The notes under the pieces were generated by a model that was not told the origin of the DNA, ran no database searches, and saw only the letters and a list, made by a program, of their open reading frames with translations. A stretch of 64,000 nt of DNA from Verrucomicrobiia bacterium. Lineage in GTDB: Bacteria > Verrucomicrobiota > Verrucomicrobiia > Limisphaerales > DASXHY01. Numbering within the stretch: the first letter of the stretch is position 1; every line of letters starts with the position of its first letter. The position numbers and the translations under genes are program-made. Location of the stretch: assembly GCA_035552155.1 (NCBI GenBank), contig DASZLX010000018.1, positions 391,600-455,599 of the forward strand, in the 5' to 3' direction. Positions 41,424-50,424 of the stretch are shown here, one piece after another.

Positions 41424-43862
41424 TTAATTCGTGGTTGGGCGTGTTTTGAACGCATTGAGGTTGGCCTGCACCGCCTCCAGATTTCGTTGAGCGATTTGAT
41501 TCGTGGGATTCAACTGCAACGTAACCTGGAATTCCTTGACCGCTTCCTCCAATTTTCCCTGCCTGGCCAGCGCGACGGCATAATTCTGATGAGCCTTGGC
41601 AAAATCCGGGCGCTGACGCGTCACTTCGGAGAATTGGGCCTGCGCTTCACCCACTTTATTTTGCCCGGCCAGTTCCACGCCGAGGAGATAATGCGCCTGC
41701 CAGAATTGCGGATTCATCCAAACCGCAGCCTGAAATTGAGTGATCGCGTCCTTGCTCTGATGTTGCATGGCCAGGAGAATGGCCTGATAAAAATACGCCG
41801 CCGGGCCCTTGGGTTGAAGTTCCGCCGCCTGACGATAATGCGCGACCGCCTGTTCCATTTTTCCCTCACCCTGCTCCATGAATCCCCATCCTATATACGC
41901 TTCGAAAAATCCGGGGTTTATCCGGAGAGCTTCTGAGAAATACCTGACGGCTTCCGCGGTTTTCATTTGATTGGCGAGTATCAAACCCATTTCGTTCAAG
42001 GCCGGCAGATAATCGCGCCGCAGCGCCAGCGCCTGAGAAAAAGATTTCTGCGCTTCGCCCACGTTTCCCTGCCGGACGAGCAACGAGCCGATTTTGAATG
42101 GGCCAACCGGAGTTTGCGGCAGCAAATCGCTGAACTGCCGCTCTTGCTTGATCGCGTCCGGCAAGTTGTCAATTTGCGATAAAAATTGGGCGAAGTTTTC
42201 ATGTAAAATGTAATCATCCGGGGCGCGTGCCACGGCGTCCCGATAGAGGGCGCGAGATTGCTCGCGCGATTGGCCATTCATTTGGCCGCCCAGCTCTTTC
42301 AGCGTGGCCATGTAAAATTTCGCGCGCGGAACATCATTCAATTGGCTCGTGAACGGCGGCTCGGATACGCGACTGAAATTTTCCTGATAAAGACGCGCCC
42401 GGTCCCAAAGCGAAACAGCCAGCCGCCGGTCGCAAATATCGGATGAGGCCCATTCGCCCGTGTCACGCGACACAGCAGATTTAGGCAACAGCTTTGCCGT
42501 TTGCCCGGCGAACGCGCGCCCGAGCACGTAATTGCCGGCGAAATTCATATGCACGTGTTCGTAAAACAGCTCGTTACCCGGGATTCCCTCCGGTGAATTT
42601 TCCGCGAACATGCGCGCCGCATCCAAAAAATAAATCCCTTTGCCGGCCTGCGCATCGGCGGCGTTTTTGATGATTTGATTGACGGGAGTATCGGAGCGGA
42701 AATCGAGGGTGTCGTCATCGCGCGCCAATTCGAATTCGCGCAGGGCGCGGGCGGCATTGGTCAGGGCGAGGTCGCAGGTTCCCATTCGAAATTGCAGTTC
42801 GGCATATTGAGAATCCAATGCCGCAGCCTGGCTGAACTGTTCCAGCGCTTTCGCGTAATCGCCGGCTGTTTGCGACGCGATCCCGCCTTGAAACCATCCG
42901 TCCCACACCACCCTTTGCGACTCGGTCAGTTTCACCGAGTGCAGGGACGCGAACGGCGCGCAATCCTTCAAGTTGCTGCCGACGCTGCTTAGAATCACGG
43001 GCACATGCGCGCTTTGACTGGCGCGCAATATGTCGGCGAGATTTTTTCTGAAGTTCTCATAAGCCCGCAACCGGTTCGGATCATCGCAACGCACCTGGTG
43101 ATCCTTGAACATATTCAAGCCCTCCCACGTTTTCGGAATGGCGGAATGCGGGCCCCAATGTTGCATCACGTTCGCCAGGAATTGCCCCGTCCGCGTGGCC
43201 TTGGCGGCCAGATTTGCGCGGACGAGGCTCACGGCGGGAACGCGGGAACCGAAGACCGTGCTGGCGCCGAATGGGCCGATCATTTCGTTATTGCCCATGT
43301 AAATGATCCATAGGTCGCCGTCGCGCCGCGCGCATTCGCGCGCGATGGGGAGGATGGCGTGGGAATTGATGGCGGTCATGGCCACGCAAATGACTTCGAA
43401 ATCCGTCCCGGGATAGCGCTCGCGCAATAAGGCCTGCAGATACCGCCCGGCGCCAAAACTAGGATCCGGGTCGCCCATCGCGGCAGATTCGCCAAACAAG
43501 AAAATGCGAAATGTATTGGCCGGCTTTTTTACCGCCATCCGCTGCGGCTCGGGTGTGCGGGCCAGGGCGGGAGGAAAGAACCGATATCCGAAAGTGTCAT
43601 TGGGAACATAAAAATCCTGGCCGTTTATTTTTGCGCGTAGAAAAAAACTCGTGGGATAACCGTAGCCGGCAAGACGCAAAGCAAGTTCCAGGAAGCAAAG
43701 AGCGACGACGGGAATGATAATCACCGCCACGACGCGGAACAACCAGAGCCGGCCGCGCGAAATTTTTGCGGGGGAATTTTTAGACGGAGGATTGTTTTCG
43801 TCCGAAGAACGCGCTCGATCTTTGGAATGCCTTTTGCGCTTCAATGGCTTCAACGATTGCAA
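41424..43862 (-). CDS. Membrane-anchored SGNH-hydrolase-like + tetratricopeptide-repeat (TPR) protein
   Basis: Basic N-terminus and TM helix (LWLFRVVAVIIIPVVALCFLELAL). SGNH blocks FRIFLFGESAAMG and WIIYMGNNE. About 10 TPR units fill the C-terminal half (e.g. YAKALEQFSQAAALDSQYAELQFRMG ... AHQNYAVALARQGKLEEAVKEFQVTLQLNP). There is no in-frame ATG before the TM helix, so a TTG start (43862 or nearby) is required. Confidence 0.8.
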   Translation of the reverse strand: MQSLKPLKRKRHSKDRARSSDENNPPSKNSPAKISRGRLWLFRVVAVIIIPVVALCFLELALRLAGYGYPTSFFLRAKINGQDFYVPNDTFGYRFFPPALARTPEPQRMAVKKPANTFRIFLFGESAAMGDPDPSFGAGRYLQALLRERYPGTDFEVICVAMTAINSHAILPIARECARRDGDLWIIYMGNNEMIGPFGASTVFGSRVPAVSLVRANLAAKATRTGQFLANVMQHWGPHSAIPKTWEGLNMFKDHQVRCDDPNRLRAYENFRKNLADILRASQSAHVPVILSSVGSNLKDCAPFASLHSVKLTESQRVVWDGWFQGGIASQTAGDYAKALEQFSQAAALDSQYAELQFRMGTCDLALTNAARALREFELARDDDTLDFRSDTPVNQIIKNAADAQAGKGIYFLDAARMFAENSPEGIPGNELFYEHVHMNFAGNYVLGRAFAGQTAKLLPKSAVSRDTGEWASSDICDRRLAVSLWDRARLYQENFSRVSEPPFTSQLNDVPRAKFYMATLKELGGQMNGQSREQSRALYRDAVARAPDDYILHENFAQFLSQIDNLPDAIKQERQFSDLLPQTPVGPFKIGSLLVRQGNVGEAQKSFSQALALRRDYLPALNEMGLILANQMKTAEAVRYFSEALRINPGFFEAYIGWGFMEQGEGKMEQAVAHYRQAAELQPKGPAAYFYQAILLAMQHQSKDAITQFQAAVWMNPQFWQAHYLLGVELAGQNKVGEAQAQFSEVTRQRPDFAKAHQNYAVALARQGKLEEAVKEFQVTLQLNPTNQIAQRNLEAVQANLNAFKTRPTTN

Positions 43863-43904
43863 AAAATGCCGGCCAGGGCAACAAAAGCCTCGCGGATGCC
43901 TGTC

Positions 43905-45344
43905 CTATGCTTGAGGAAGCACCAGTGTCATGATGGAATGCGCCGGGCTTTGGGATTTCGCCTCCTTGTCGTCCATCCAGAGATAGAACGGCTGGGCTTT
44001 GGCGGTCGAATTCATAACGATGACAACGATGTTTTTGTCGTTATTCAAAAACGCCGTGGTGATCAAGTTATCCGTGGTTGAGGAACTGACAATCCTGCGG
44101 GCGCCCGGCCGGACGAATTTGGAAAAGTGGCCGATGTAATAATACGAATTCATGTAATGAAGCGCGCCGGTTTTGGTGTCGCCGTGAATGGGAGCGAAAC
44201 AGAAATTTTGCACGTGATTGGGGCCGCCCTCCTGATCGAGCAACACGTTCCAGTCCGTCCAACCGACGGCGCCGTTGTTGAAATCGTTGACCATTGATTT
44301 TCCGTAATTCTCGCCCCATTTCCAGTCGTCGATGGTCGCGGAATCATACGGGCCGTTGCAGCCTTCGGTGAAGAGAAGATGGGTGTTCGGAAAGGCTTGT
44401 TGGACCATTTTGACATTTTCAAAATGATCGCCCACGTACCAATGATACCCCACCCCCCAGACAAACCGGGCGGCTTCCGGGTCTTCCAGAACCACCGCGG
44501 CGCGCTGATACATGAGACTGCGGTTATGGTCCCAAATCACGATATTTTTTTTCGCGAGACCGTCCTTCGCGAAGGTGGGTCCGAGATAGTTTTTTACGAA
44601 GTCCCGCTCCTCTTCGGCGGTGTAGATGCACGATTCCCAGGTCTGGATGGCCATGGGCTCGTTTTGAACGGTCATTCCCCAGATGGGCACGCCCTGTTTT
44701 TCGTAGGCCTTGATGAATTTGGCGCAATAATTTGCCCAAGTGCCGTAATATTCCGGTTTCAATTTTCCACCGTGCAGCATGTCATTATTATCTTTCATCC
44801 AGGCGGGCGGACTCCAGGGGCTGGCGAAAATCGTGAAATTATTCGCGCCGGCAGTCGCGAGGATTTCCTTGATGAACGGGATTCGATATTTCAAGTCGTG
44901 GCTGATGTCGAAGCTGTTCAGGGATGTGTCCCCATTTTTCACGTAGGTGTAGCTTTCGCTGGAAAAATCGCAGCTATGGATATGGGTGCGGCCCAGGGAG
45001 TAACCGATGCCTTTTTCAGGGTCAAAATAGGCCTGCAGGATCTCCTGCTGTTTGTCCTTGGGCAGTTTATAAAATGTCTCAGCCGCTGCGTCGGTCAACG
45101 CGCCGCCCACGCCCAACACAGTCTGGTAGGTTTTGGAAGCGTCGACAAATATCGTCTCCTGCTTCTCGCCTGGCTGCGGCATGGCGACAAAGCTCAAATC
45201 GGCCGCCCGGGATAACTTTTGGCCGGTGTCTTTTGCCGTTATGTAGACTTTGATCGAAGCCCCGGATTGCTCAGCCGCATAGGCGGTGGAAAAAGATGCG
45301 ATGGCGAGCGCAATCAATATTTTCGAGTGGATATGTTTGGTCAT
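43905..45344 (-). CDS. Glycoside hydrolase family 30 (glucosylceramidase-like O-glycosyl hydrolase)
   Basis: Signal peptide MTKHIHSKILIALAIASFSTAYA. Motifs YQTVLGVGGALTDAAAE, FASPWSPPAWMKDN and IWGMTVQNEP (acid/base Glu context). Confidence 0.9.
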   Translation of the reverse strand: MTKHIHSKILIALAIASFSTAYAAEQSGASIKVYITAKDTGQKLSRAADLSFVAMPQPGEKQETIFVDASKTYQTVLGVGGALTDAAAETFYKLPKDKQQEILQAYFDPEKGIGYSLGRTHIHSCDFSSESYTYVKNGDTSLNSFDISHDLKYRIPFIKEILATAGANNFTIFASPWSPPAWMKDNNDMLHGGKLKPEYYGTWANYCAKFIKAYEKQGVPIWGMTVQNEPMAIQTWESCIYTAEEERDFVKNYLGPTFAKDGLAKKNIVIWDHNRSLMYQRAAVVLEDPEAARFVWGVGYHWYVGDHFENVKMVQQAFPNTHLLFTEGCNGPYDSATIDDWKWGENYGKSMVNDFNNGAVGWTDWNVLLDQEGGPNHVQNFCFAPIHGDTKTGALHYMNSYYYIGHFSKFVRPGARRIVSSSTTDNLITTAFLNNDKNIVVIVMNSTAKAQPFYLWMDDKEAKSQSPAHSIMTLVLPQA

Positions 45345-45465
45345 AATTCGCCCGGCGACAGAATAGGCCGGCGATTAAGCGTTTAAAAGATTGAAACCTC
45401 GCCACCCTGGGCGGCACCTCAATATTGCGACGCACAATACGTCAAAGCAATGCCGATCGGCGCCG

Positions 45466-46365
45466 TTATTTATGAACAGAGGAATGCTCCATCAACCAAT
45501 CGATGTCCCCAATCCCCGCCACGGCCGGACAGGCGGCAGCGTTAGGCGGGAGCGGTCCCTGGAATTTTATCAAATTTGCGTCCCGCCACTTATGTATTTC
45601 ACTGTGCCCATCGGCAAAGCTGAACCCTCCGGCGTTATTATGATAGGTGGCCGGCTTGTCCACCCAACTTTGAGAGGCGTTATCCGAGCAGAACCAGCCG
45701 TCATTGATGCTCCAGGGATTCTCATCCAGGACTACGAAACAATTTGCCGCTCCCATGGGAATGAGGTCCGCCTGTTTTCTGAATATCCTATAATTGGCGT
45801 TGAGCGGTGCCGTGCTTTTCACAATGCTGTCCACAATGGGAGCCAGATAGCCATTCATGGACATGCTACGCACCGTTGGTTTATCGGTGGCGCCCGGCGG
45901 CACGCTTAGTCCAAAGAAAGCCGTTCTTAAATCGGCCGGACATTTGAACAACTGAATGTTTGGAGCATAAAGGTACATCAATCCGGCCTTCACCAAGTCC
46001 GTATTTTGCGCCGCCGTAGGTTGAGTTATGTCTCCATAGACCCACTGATTTTCCGGATTTCCCGGGTCGGTATAGGGGTTGGGAAGGAGGCTGACTTGAA
46101 GCGCACCCTGCCCCACCGTGGGCATGAATTTGGAGTTGTTATCGTCCGAGTACATGAGCCAGGCCAGACCCATTTGCCGGAGATTGTTCATGCACTGCGT
46201 GGCTTGGGCCCTCGTTTTAGCCTTCGCGAGCGCCGGCAACAGCATGGCCGCCAGAATCGCGATGATGGCGATAACCACCAAAAGCTCGATCAAGGTGAAA
46301 CCCGCATTTCTGGACGATGAGCCCGATGAGGGTCCGCGGAGCGAATCTGTCTTTGTTTGCATCAT
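45466..46365 (-). CDS. Prepilin-type N-terminal cleavage/methylation domain protein (PVC-type pseudopilin-like, DUF1559/H-X9-DG class)
   Basis: [31 protein letters not shown] is a class-III signal with the prepilin peptidase site. The C-terminal [15 protein letters not shown] is the H-X9-DG-like motif. Confidence 0.85.
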   Translation of the reverse strand: MMQTKTDSLRGPSSGSSSRNAGFTLIELLVVIAIIAILAAMLLPALAKAKTRAQATQCMNNLRQMGLAWLMYSDDNNSKFMPTVGQGALQVSLLPNPYTDPGNPENQWVYGDITQPTAAQNTDLVKAGLMYLYAPNIQLFKCPADLRTAFFGLSVPPGATDKPTVRSMSMNGYLAPIVDSIVKSTAPLNANYRIFRKQADLIPMGAANCFVVLDENPWSINDGWFCSDNASQSWVDKPATYHNNAGGFSFADGHSEIHKWRDANLIKFQGPLPPNAAACPAVAGIGDIDWLMEHSSVHK

Positions 46366-46392
46366 AAATTACGTCTGCATTTCTTTTTTTTG

Positions 46393-46428
46393 GGGGTCCG
46401 GCACCGGCTGAAACGGTTGCCGGACCCC
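46393..46428 (-). other. Strong GC-rich hairpin between the LamG/CBM giant gene and the pseudopilin-like gene
   Basis: ggggtccggca...tgccggacccc: an 11-bp perfect stem plus 3-4 further pairs. On the minus-strand mRNA it is followed by an A-run, not a U-run, so it is not a canonical terminator. Confidence 0.5.
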
Positions 46429-46455
46429 GCACTGCATCATTATTCGTTCACGTCA

Positions 46456-49400
46456 TTATTGCACCTGCACGCGATAGAACCGTGAGCTGTTCACAATCGG
46501 ATTCGTGACCCATTGCGTTCCGTTGTTACCCGGCACAGTGCTGAACACATTCCAGGTCGCATCCGTCAGGTTGGTCTTGTATTGGAGTTGATAATTCCAA
46601 CCCGAGAGCGTCGGGAATGAAACAACCAGATTCGTGCCGGACAAGGCGGCGTTCGCCGACATTATCGGCACCAGCATCATATAGTTCACGTTGACATCCG
46701 GGGTGGTAGGATTGTCCAAGGGCCTGATCAGCTCCAGTGTGTTGGTAGAGCCGTTAAGTGTCACCGTGGCGAGATTGCCCGAGGCATCCCGCATTGGAAC
46801 ATATTGATAGGTGCCCCAACCGAAGGTATTCGGGATGTTAAACGATCCCAGGAGGTTGGTGGTCTGGGCCGTCGTGCCCCAGCCGCTCGTGACTTCCGCA
46901 AGGTTTGCATCGGTGCCTACCGAGGCTGTCGCAAAGCGGCCATAGACATAGTAGGTTCCGGCAGGATAGTTCCTGGTATAGTTACACCAGGCACCATTGC
47001 TGAAGAATCCGATGCTGCCATCCACCTGAGGGTTGGTGGGATCCTCGAATTGCGGTCTCGGCACGTCGCCGCTCGGACCGTTGTCTTCACCTGAGGTGCG
47101 GTAACTATACGTACCGCCGAAGTTGACCTGAACTGTATCCACACCTGCCACCGCACCCAGGCCGGCGTAAGCATTCGTTTGTGGATTATCGAAGAACTGG
47201 CCGCCGTCATGGTCGTAATCCTCCGCTTCCCAGGTGTAGTTGTTCGGGTTGACGGTATCAAACGTCGCCGTGGAGCTGGATGAATTGCCGTTCACGTCCG
47301 TGACTGTCGCCACGATGGTGTAGATTGAATTCGGCAACAGATGCGGATAGGTAACGTTCCAATTGTTGATGTTACCGGTGATCACCAGGTTTGAAACTGT
47401 CGTTCCATTGACCGTCACCACAATTTCGTTCGAAGCAACGCCGGAGCTCGATTGAACATTGAAGCTGAACGTATTGGTTAACTGCGTTCCGGTGACCGGG
47501 AAGACCCCGTTCAAGGTAGGCAGATTTGTGTTCGCCGGGAAGAACGCATAGAAGTTCGCGTTCAAGCTGCCGCCGCTGGTGACCCGGAGCGTCTCGACCG
47601 AGCCGCCGGTGAATTTCACCAGGTTGCCGCCGGAATCCCGCAGAGGCGTCCAATTATAAGCCTGCCAGTCGCCCGTGGGGTTCTGGGTAAACGTTCCTAT
47701 GTTCGTCGTGGTCTGGGTAGGAGTGCCAATTCCGCTGGTCACCTGGGCCAGAGTAGCCACGCCTGAGCCGGTGCCGCCGTCGGCGCCGCGCAGATAAATA
47801 TTATATACGCCGGCCGGGAAGGTCCGGGTATAATTATTCCACTCACCGCCATCATACCAACCCAGGTTGTAGTCGGTGAGCGAGTTCGTGACATATTGCA
47901 ATCTCGGAGCATCACCATTGCCTTGGTCCGCGGTGGTGCCGGTGCGATAAATGAAGGTTTCTCCGTTATCTACGATGTTATGAGCGTCTTCACCTTCAAT
48001 TCCGGACAAGTTGGCATAAGCATCGGGCGCCGGATTGTCGATGAATGAACCACCGTTATAATCGTAATCTTCCGCTTCCCACGTGAACACCGGGCTGAGT
48101 GTATCGAACTTAACCGATGTCGCCGCCGGACTTCCGTTGGCGTCGATGACACTGATGCTGGCCGTGTAGACCTCGTTGGAGAGCAGCGCGAGGCTGACGG
48201 TCCGGTTCGTGGACTGGCCACCGAAGCTCAAGCCATTGGTCGCGGTGATATTGGTGGCGAATCCAATTCCCAACAGATTGGTTACCGTGAGCCGCACCGA
48301 GATGCTGTTGGTGTTAATATTCACGCCCGACGGGGAACTCGCCACGAAGGTGAGCGTCGGGAAAGGCTGGAACATATTAGTTCCGTTGGGATAAACGCCG
48401 CTGATAGCAGGCAGATTGGTGTTCGCCGGCGTCAACATGAAGAAGTTGAGGTTTCCGCCGCCGCTGGTTCCCGCTGTAAGACGGACTGTGTTCGTGCTGC
48501 CGTTGAACTGGACCCGGGCGAGGTTGCCGCCGGAATCGCGGAGAGGCACCCAGGAAAATCCGTCCCAGCCGCCCGAGTTCGCCATGGTAAACGTGCCCAG
48601 GTTAGTCAGAGTTTGCGCCGTCGTGCCCCAACCACTGGTGACCAAATCAAACGAGTCGTTCAATGTGCCACCGCCGTCCGCGACTCGCAGAAAGACGTTA
48701 TAATTGCCGGCTGGAAAATTCCGGGTGTAGTTCATCCAGTTTGGCAGACCGCTTCCGGAGCCGCCGTCATAATATCCGACGTTCACATCGCGGGCGATGT
48801 TAGTGACGGCAAACGCATCCAAAACTTTCTGCCGCATAAGCTCGCCAATGGAATTGCCGCCGTTATTTCCGGTGCCCACACTGAATTCGGTTTCTACCAG
48901 CTCGAAGGGATCGCGATAGATACGACTGGGACCGGCGGTGTTACCATTGTCGTTTGCGTCCGTTATATTCACGTAGGGGGTCTGTTCCTGGTAATACGTG
49001 TTAACGTCAGGCCCGACAAAGCTCATCACCGGATTGTCGATGAAGAGGCCGCCGCCGAAGTCGTAGTCTTCAGCTTCCCACGTGTAATTGGTCGGGTTAA
49101 AAGCGTCGTAAACGTAAAGGTTGGTGGCGACAACGCCCGCGTTATCCGTCACCCGAATACCGATACTAACCCCGTCGAGATTGGTTTGCTGAATGAGAGT
49201 GGGATTAATGGGCAATCCGGTGTAACTCACATTCATCGACGTGGACGATCCGCCGATCGACAGGCTCGATGAAACATCCGCTCCGTTCACCGTCACTTTG
49301 ATATTGCCTGCAGTAAGGCCGTTCGTGGAACTCGCGGTGAAGGACAGAGTATTGGTGCCGCATTGCAAAACCGAGCCGTCGGGGGTCAAATTGGAAATGA

Positions 49401-50289
49401 CCACAGGAATAGCCTGCTGACGCACATTCTCAATAAAGCTTGCGCTGCCAGCGCCGGTGTAAAACCGGGCATCGTCGATCCAACCAATGAAATCGCGCGG
49501 ATTGCCGTGAATGGTATTGCCGATCGCGGCACTTGCCAGGCCGCTGAGATTAACGGTGGTCCCCGCCGGCACGCTTCTGACCGCGTACAACTTAGCCGGG
49601 CTGGCTTCTGTACCATAATAGATATAGGCATTCTGGGCCGTACTGTCATACACGAGAGCGGCGAACAGCCAGACATTCGTCGGAAAATCATAATAAACCG
49701 GTGGAGAAATACGCGTCGCGCCAACGAAACCATTGATGCAGATCAACGGGCTTCCGGGCTGCGTGACAGCGGAACGTCCGCTGAGTTGCAGACCGAGACT
49801 CAGGGCATTGTTGACGTCTGTCGTCCCATTGGTGGCCAGGAGGAACAAACGCGAGCCTTGATTGGAAAGGTTGGTGAACAGGTTGGGCATTTTAAACCAA
49901 ATGGTCATCGTGAAGTCGCTGACCGCACCCAGATTTGCCAGTGTCGCATCCCCGGCTTTGTAGGCAAAGGCGCCGCCGGCAACATTTCCGGCGATGGGAT
50001 TCGTATGCAGGTCCAGCGCCACGCCCTGGTTTTGCACTCCTGAGTTGGCGAGGCCATGAAGATCTCCGGGAGTGGTGGCATCGCCATTTACCATATTCAG
50101 AACCACCGGTAGCGCGCCGCTGCTGGTAATCGTCGTTCCAGGTCCGTCCTCGAAATTATAGCGTAATTGAAGCGTTTGCGCTTGCGCTGGAAGCGCGCAG
50201 AGAAGAGCGCAAAGAAAGGCCAGGGCGGCCAGGAGTAGTGGGGCTTGTTTAGTTTTCACAATCTTGATTGGATGGTTTTTGCGTTTCAT
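46456..50289 (-). CDS. Giant secreted LamG + 3x(Ig-like + CBM6/35-like) protein with a C-terminal '...FYR' module (1,277 aa)
   Basis: ATG 50289 gives MKRKNHPIKIVKTKQAPLLLAALAFLCALLCALPAQAQ. LamG/concanavalin-like region at 49423-50175 (FTMTIWFKM...WIDDARFY). Three modules each begin an ...(Y/F)TWEAEDYD(F/Y/H)(G/N/D)GG.F(I/F)DNP... CBM and contain ...NYTR.(F/Y)PAG.Y.(V/I)(F/Y).R and ...PLRDSGGNL. The C-terminus reads GWNYQLQYKTNLTDATWNVFSTVPG...SSRFYRVQVQ. Confidence 0.85.
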   Translation of the reverse strand: MKRKNHPIKIVKTKQAPLLLAALAFLCALLCALPAQAQTLQLRYNFEDGPGTTITSSGALPVVLNMVNGDATTPGDLHGLANSGVQNQGVALDLHTNPIAGNVAGGAFAYKAGDATLANLGAVSDFTMTIWFKMPNLFTNLSNQGSRLFLLATNGTTDVNNALSLGLQLSGRSAVTQPGSPLICINGFVGATRISPPVYYDFPTNVWLFAALVYDSTAQNAYIYYGTEASPAKLYAVRSVPAGTTVNLSGLASAAIGNTIHGNPRDFIGWIDDARFYTGAGSASFIENVRQQAIPVVISNLTPDGSVLQCGTNTLSFTASSTNGLTAGNIKVTVNGADVSSSLSIGGSSTSMNVSYTGLPINPTLIQQTNLDGVSIGIRVTDNAGVVATNLYVYDAFNPTNYTWEAEDYDFGGGLFIDNPVMSFVGPDVNTYYQEQTPYVNITDANDNGNTAGPSRIYRDPFELVETEFSVGTGNNGGNSIGELMRQKVLDAFAVTNIARDVNVGYYDGGSGSGLPNWMNYTRNFPAGNYNVFLRVADGGGTLNDSFDLVTSGWGTTAQTLTNLGTFTMANSGGWDGFSWVPLRDSGGNLARVQFNGSTNTVRLTAGTSGGGNLNFFMLTPANTNLPAISGVYPNGTNMFQPFPTLTFVASSPSGVNINTNSISVRLTVTNLLGIGFATNITATNGLSFGGQSTNRTVSLALLSNEVYTASISVIDANGSPAATSVKFDTLSPVFTWEAEDYDYNGGSFIDNPAPDAYANLSGIEGEDAHNIVDNGETFIYRTGTTADQGNGDAPRLQYVTNSLTDYNLGWYDGGEWNNYTRTFPAGVYNIYLRGADGGTGSGVATLAQVTSGIGTPTQTTTNIGTFTQNPTGDWQAYNWTPLRDSGGNLVKFTGGSVETLRVTSGGSLNANFYAFFPANTNLPTLNGVFPVTGTQLTNTFSFNVQSSSGVASNEIVVTVNGTTVSNLVITGNINNWNVTYPHLLPNSIYTIVATVTDVNGNSSSSTATFDTVNPNNYTWEAEDYDHDGGQFFDNPQTNAYAGLGAVAGVDTVQVNFGGTYSYRTSGEDNGPSGDVPRPQFEDPTNPQVDGSIGFFSNGAWCNYTRNYPAGTYYVYGRFATASVGTDANLAEVTSGWGTTAQTTNLLGSFNIPNTFGWGTYQYVPMRDASGNLATVTLNGSTNTLELIRPLDNPTTPDVNVNYMMLVPIMSANAALSGTNLVVSFPTLSGWNYQLQYKTNLTDATWNVFSTVPGNNGTQWVTNPIVNSSRFYRVQVQ
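46666..49410 (-). repeat. Three tandem coding copies of an Ig-like + CBM module (48424-49410, 47530-48414, 46666-47523)
   Basis: Protein-level repeat of about 290-330 aa, with diverged DNA. Boundaries come from residue counting in the translation. Confidence 0.8.
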
Positions 50290-50335
50290 AGTGGGAGCCA
50301 GCCTCATTACGATACCTGCTTTGTAAAATCAGCCA

Positions 50336-50354
50336 CATCCCTCTTTCGGGTGGG
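50336..50354 (-). promoter_or_regulatory. Second exact copy of the CCCACCCGAAAGAGGGATG motif (minus strand), 46 nt upstream of ATG 50289
   Basis: The plus strand reads catccctctttcgggtggg. It lies in the 135-nt divergent region shared with the histidine kinase gene. Confidence 0.5.
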
Positions 50355-50424
50355 TATACGTGATTAAATGCTAATGATATGATTCGCTCTCGACTTTCAC
50401 GACGTTCGTGCTTTGATTAAAACT

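Noticed and set aside
45466-46365. Pseudopilin-like gene as part of a type II secretion or type IV pilus operon
   Set aside because: It is a single gene. No secretin, GspE/PilB ATPase, GspF/PilC platform, prepilin peptidase or other minor pilins occur in the window.
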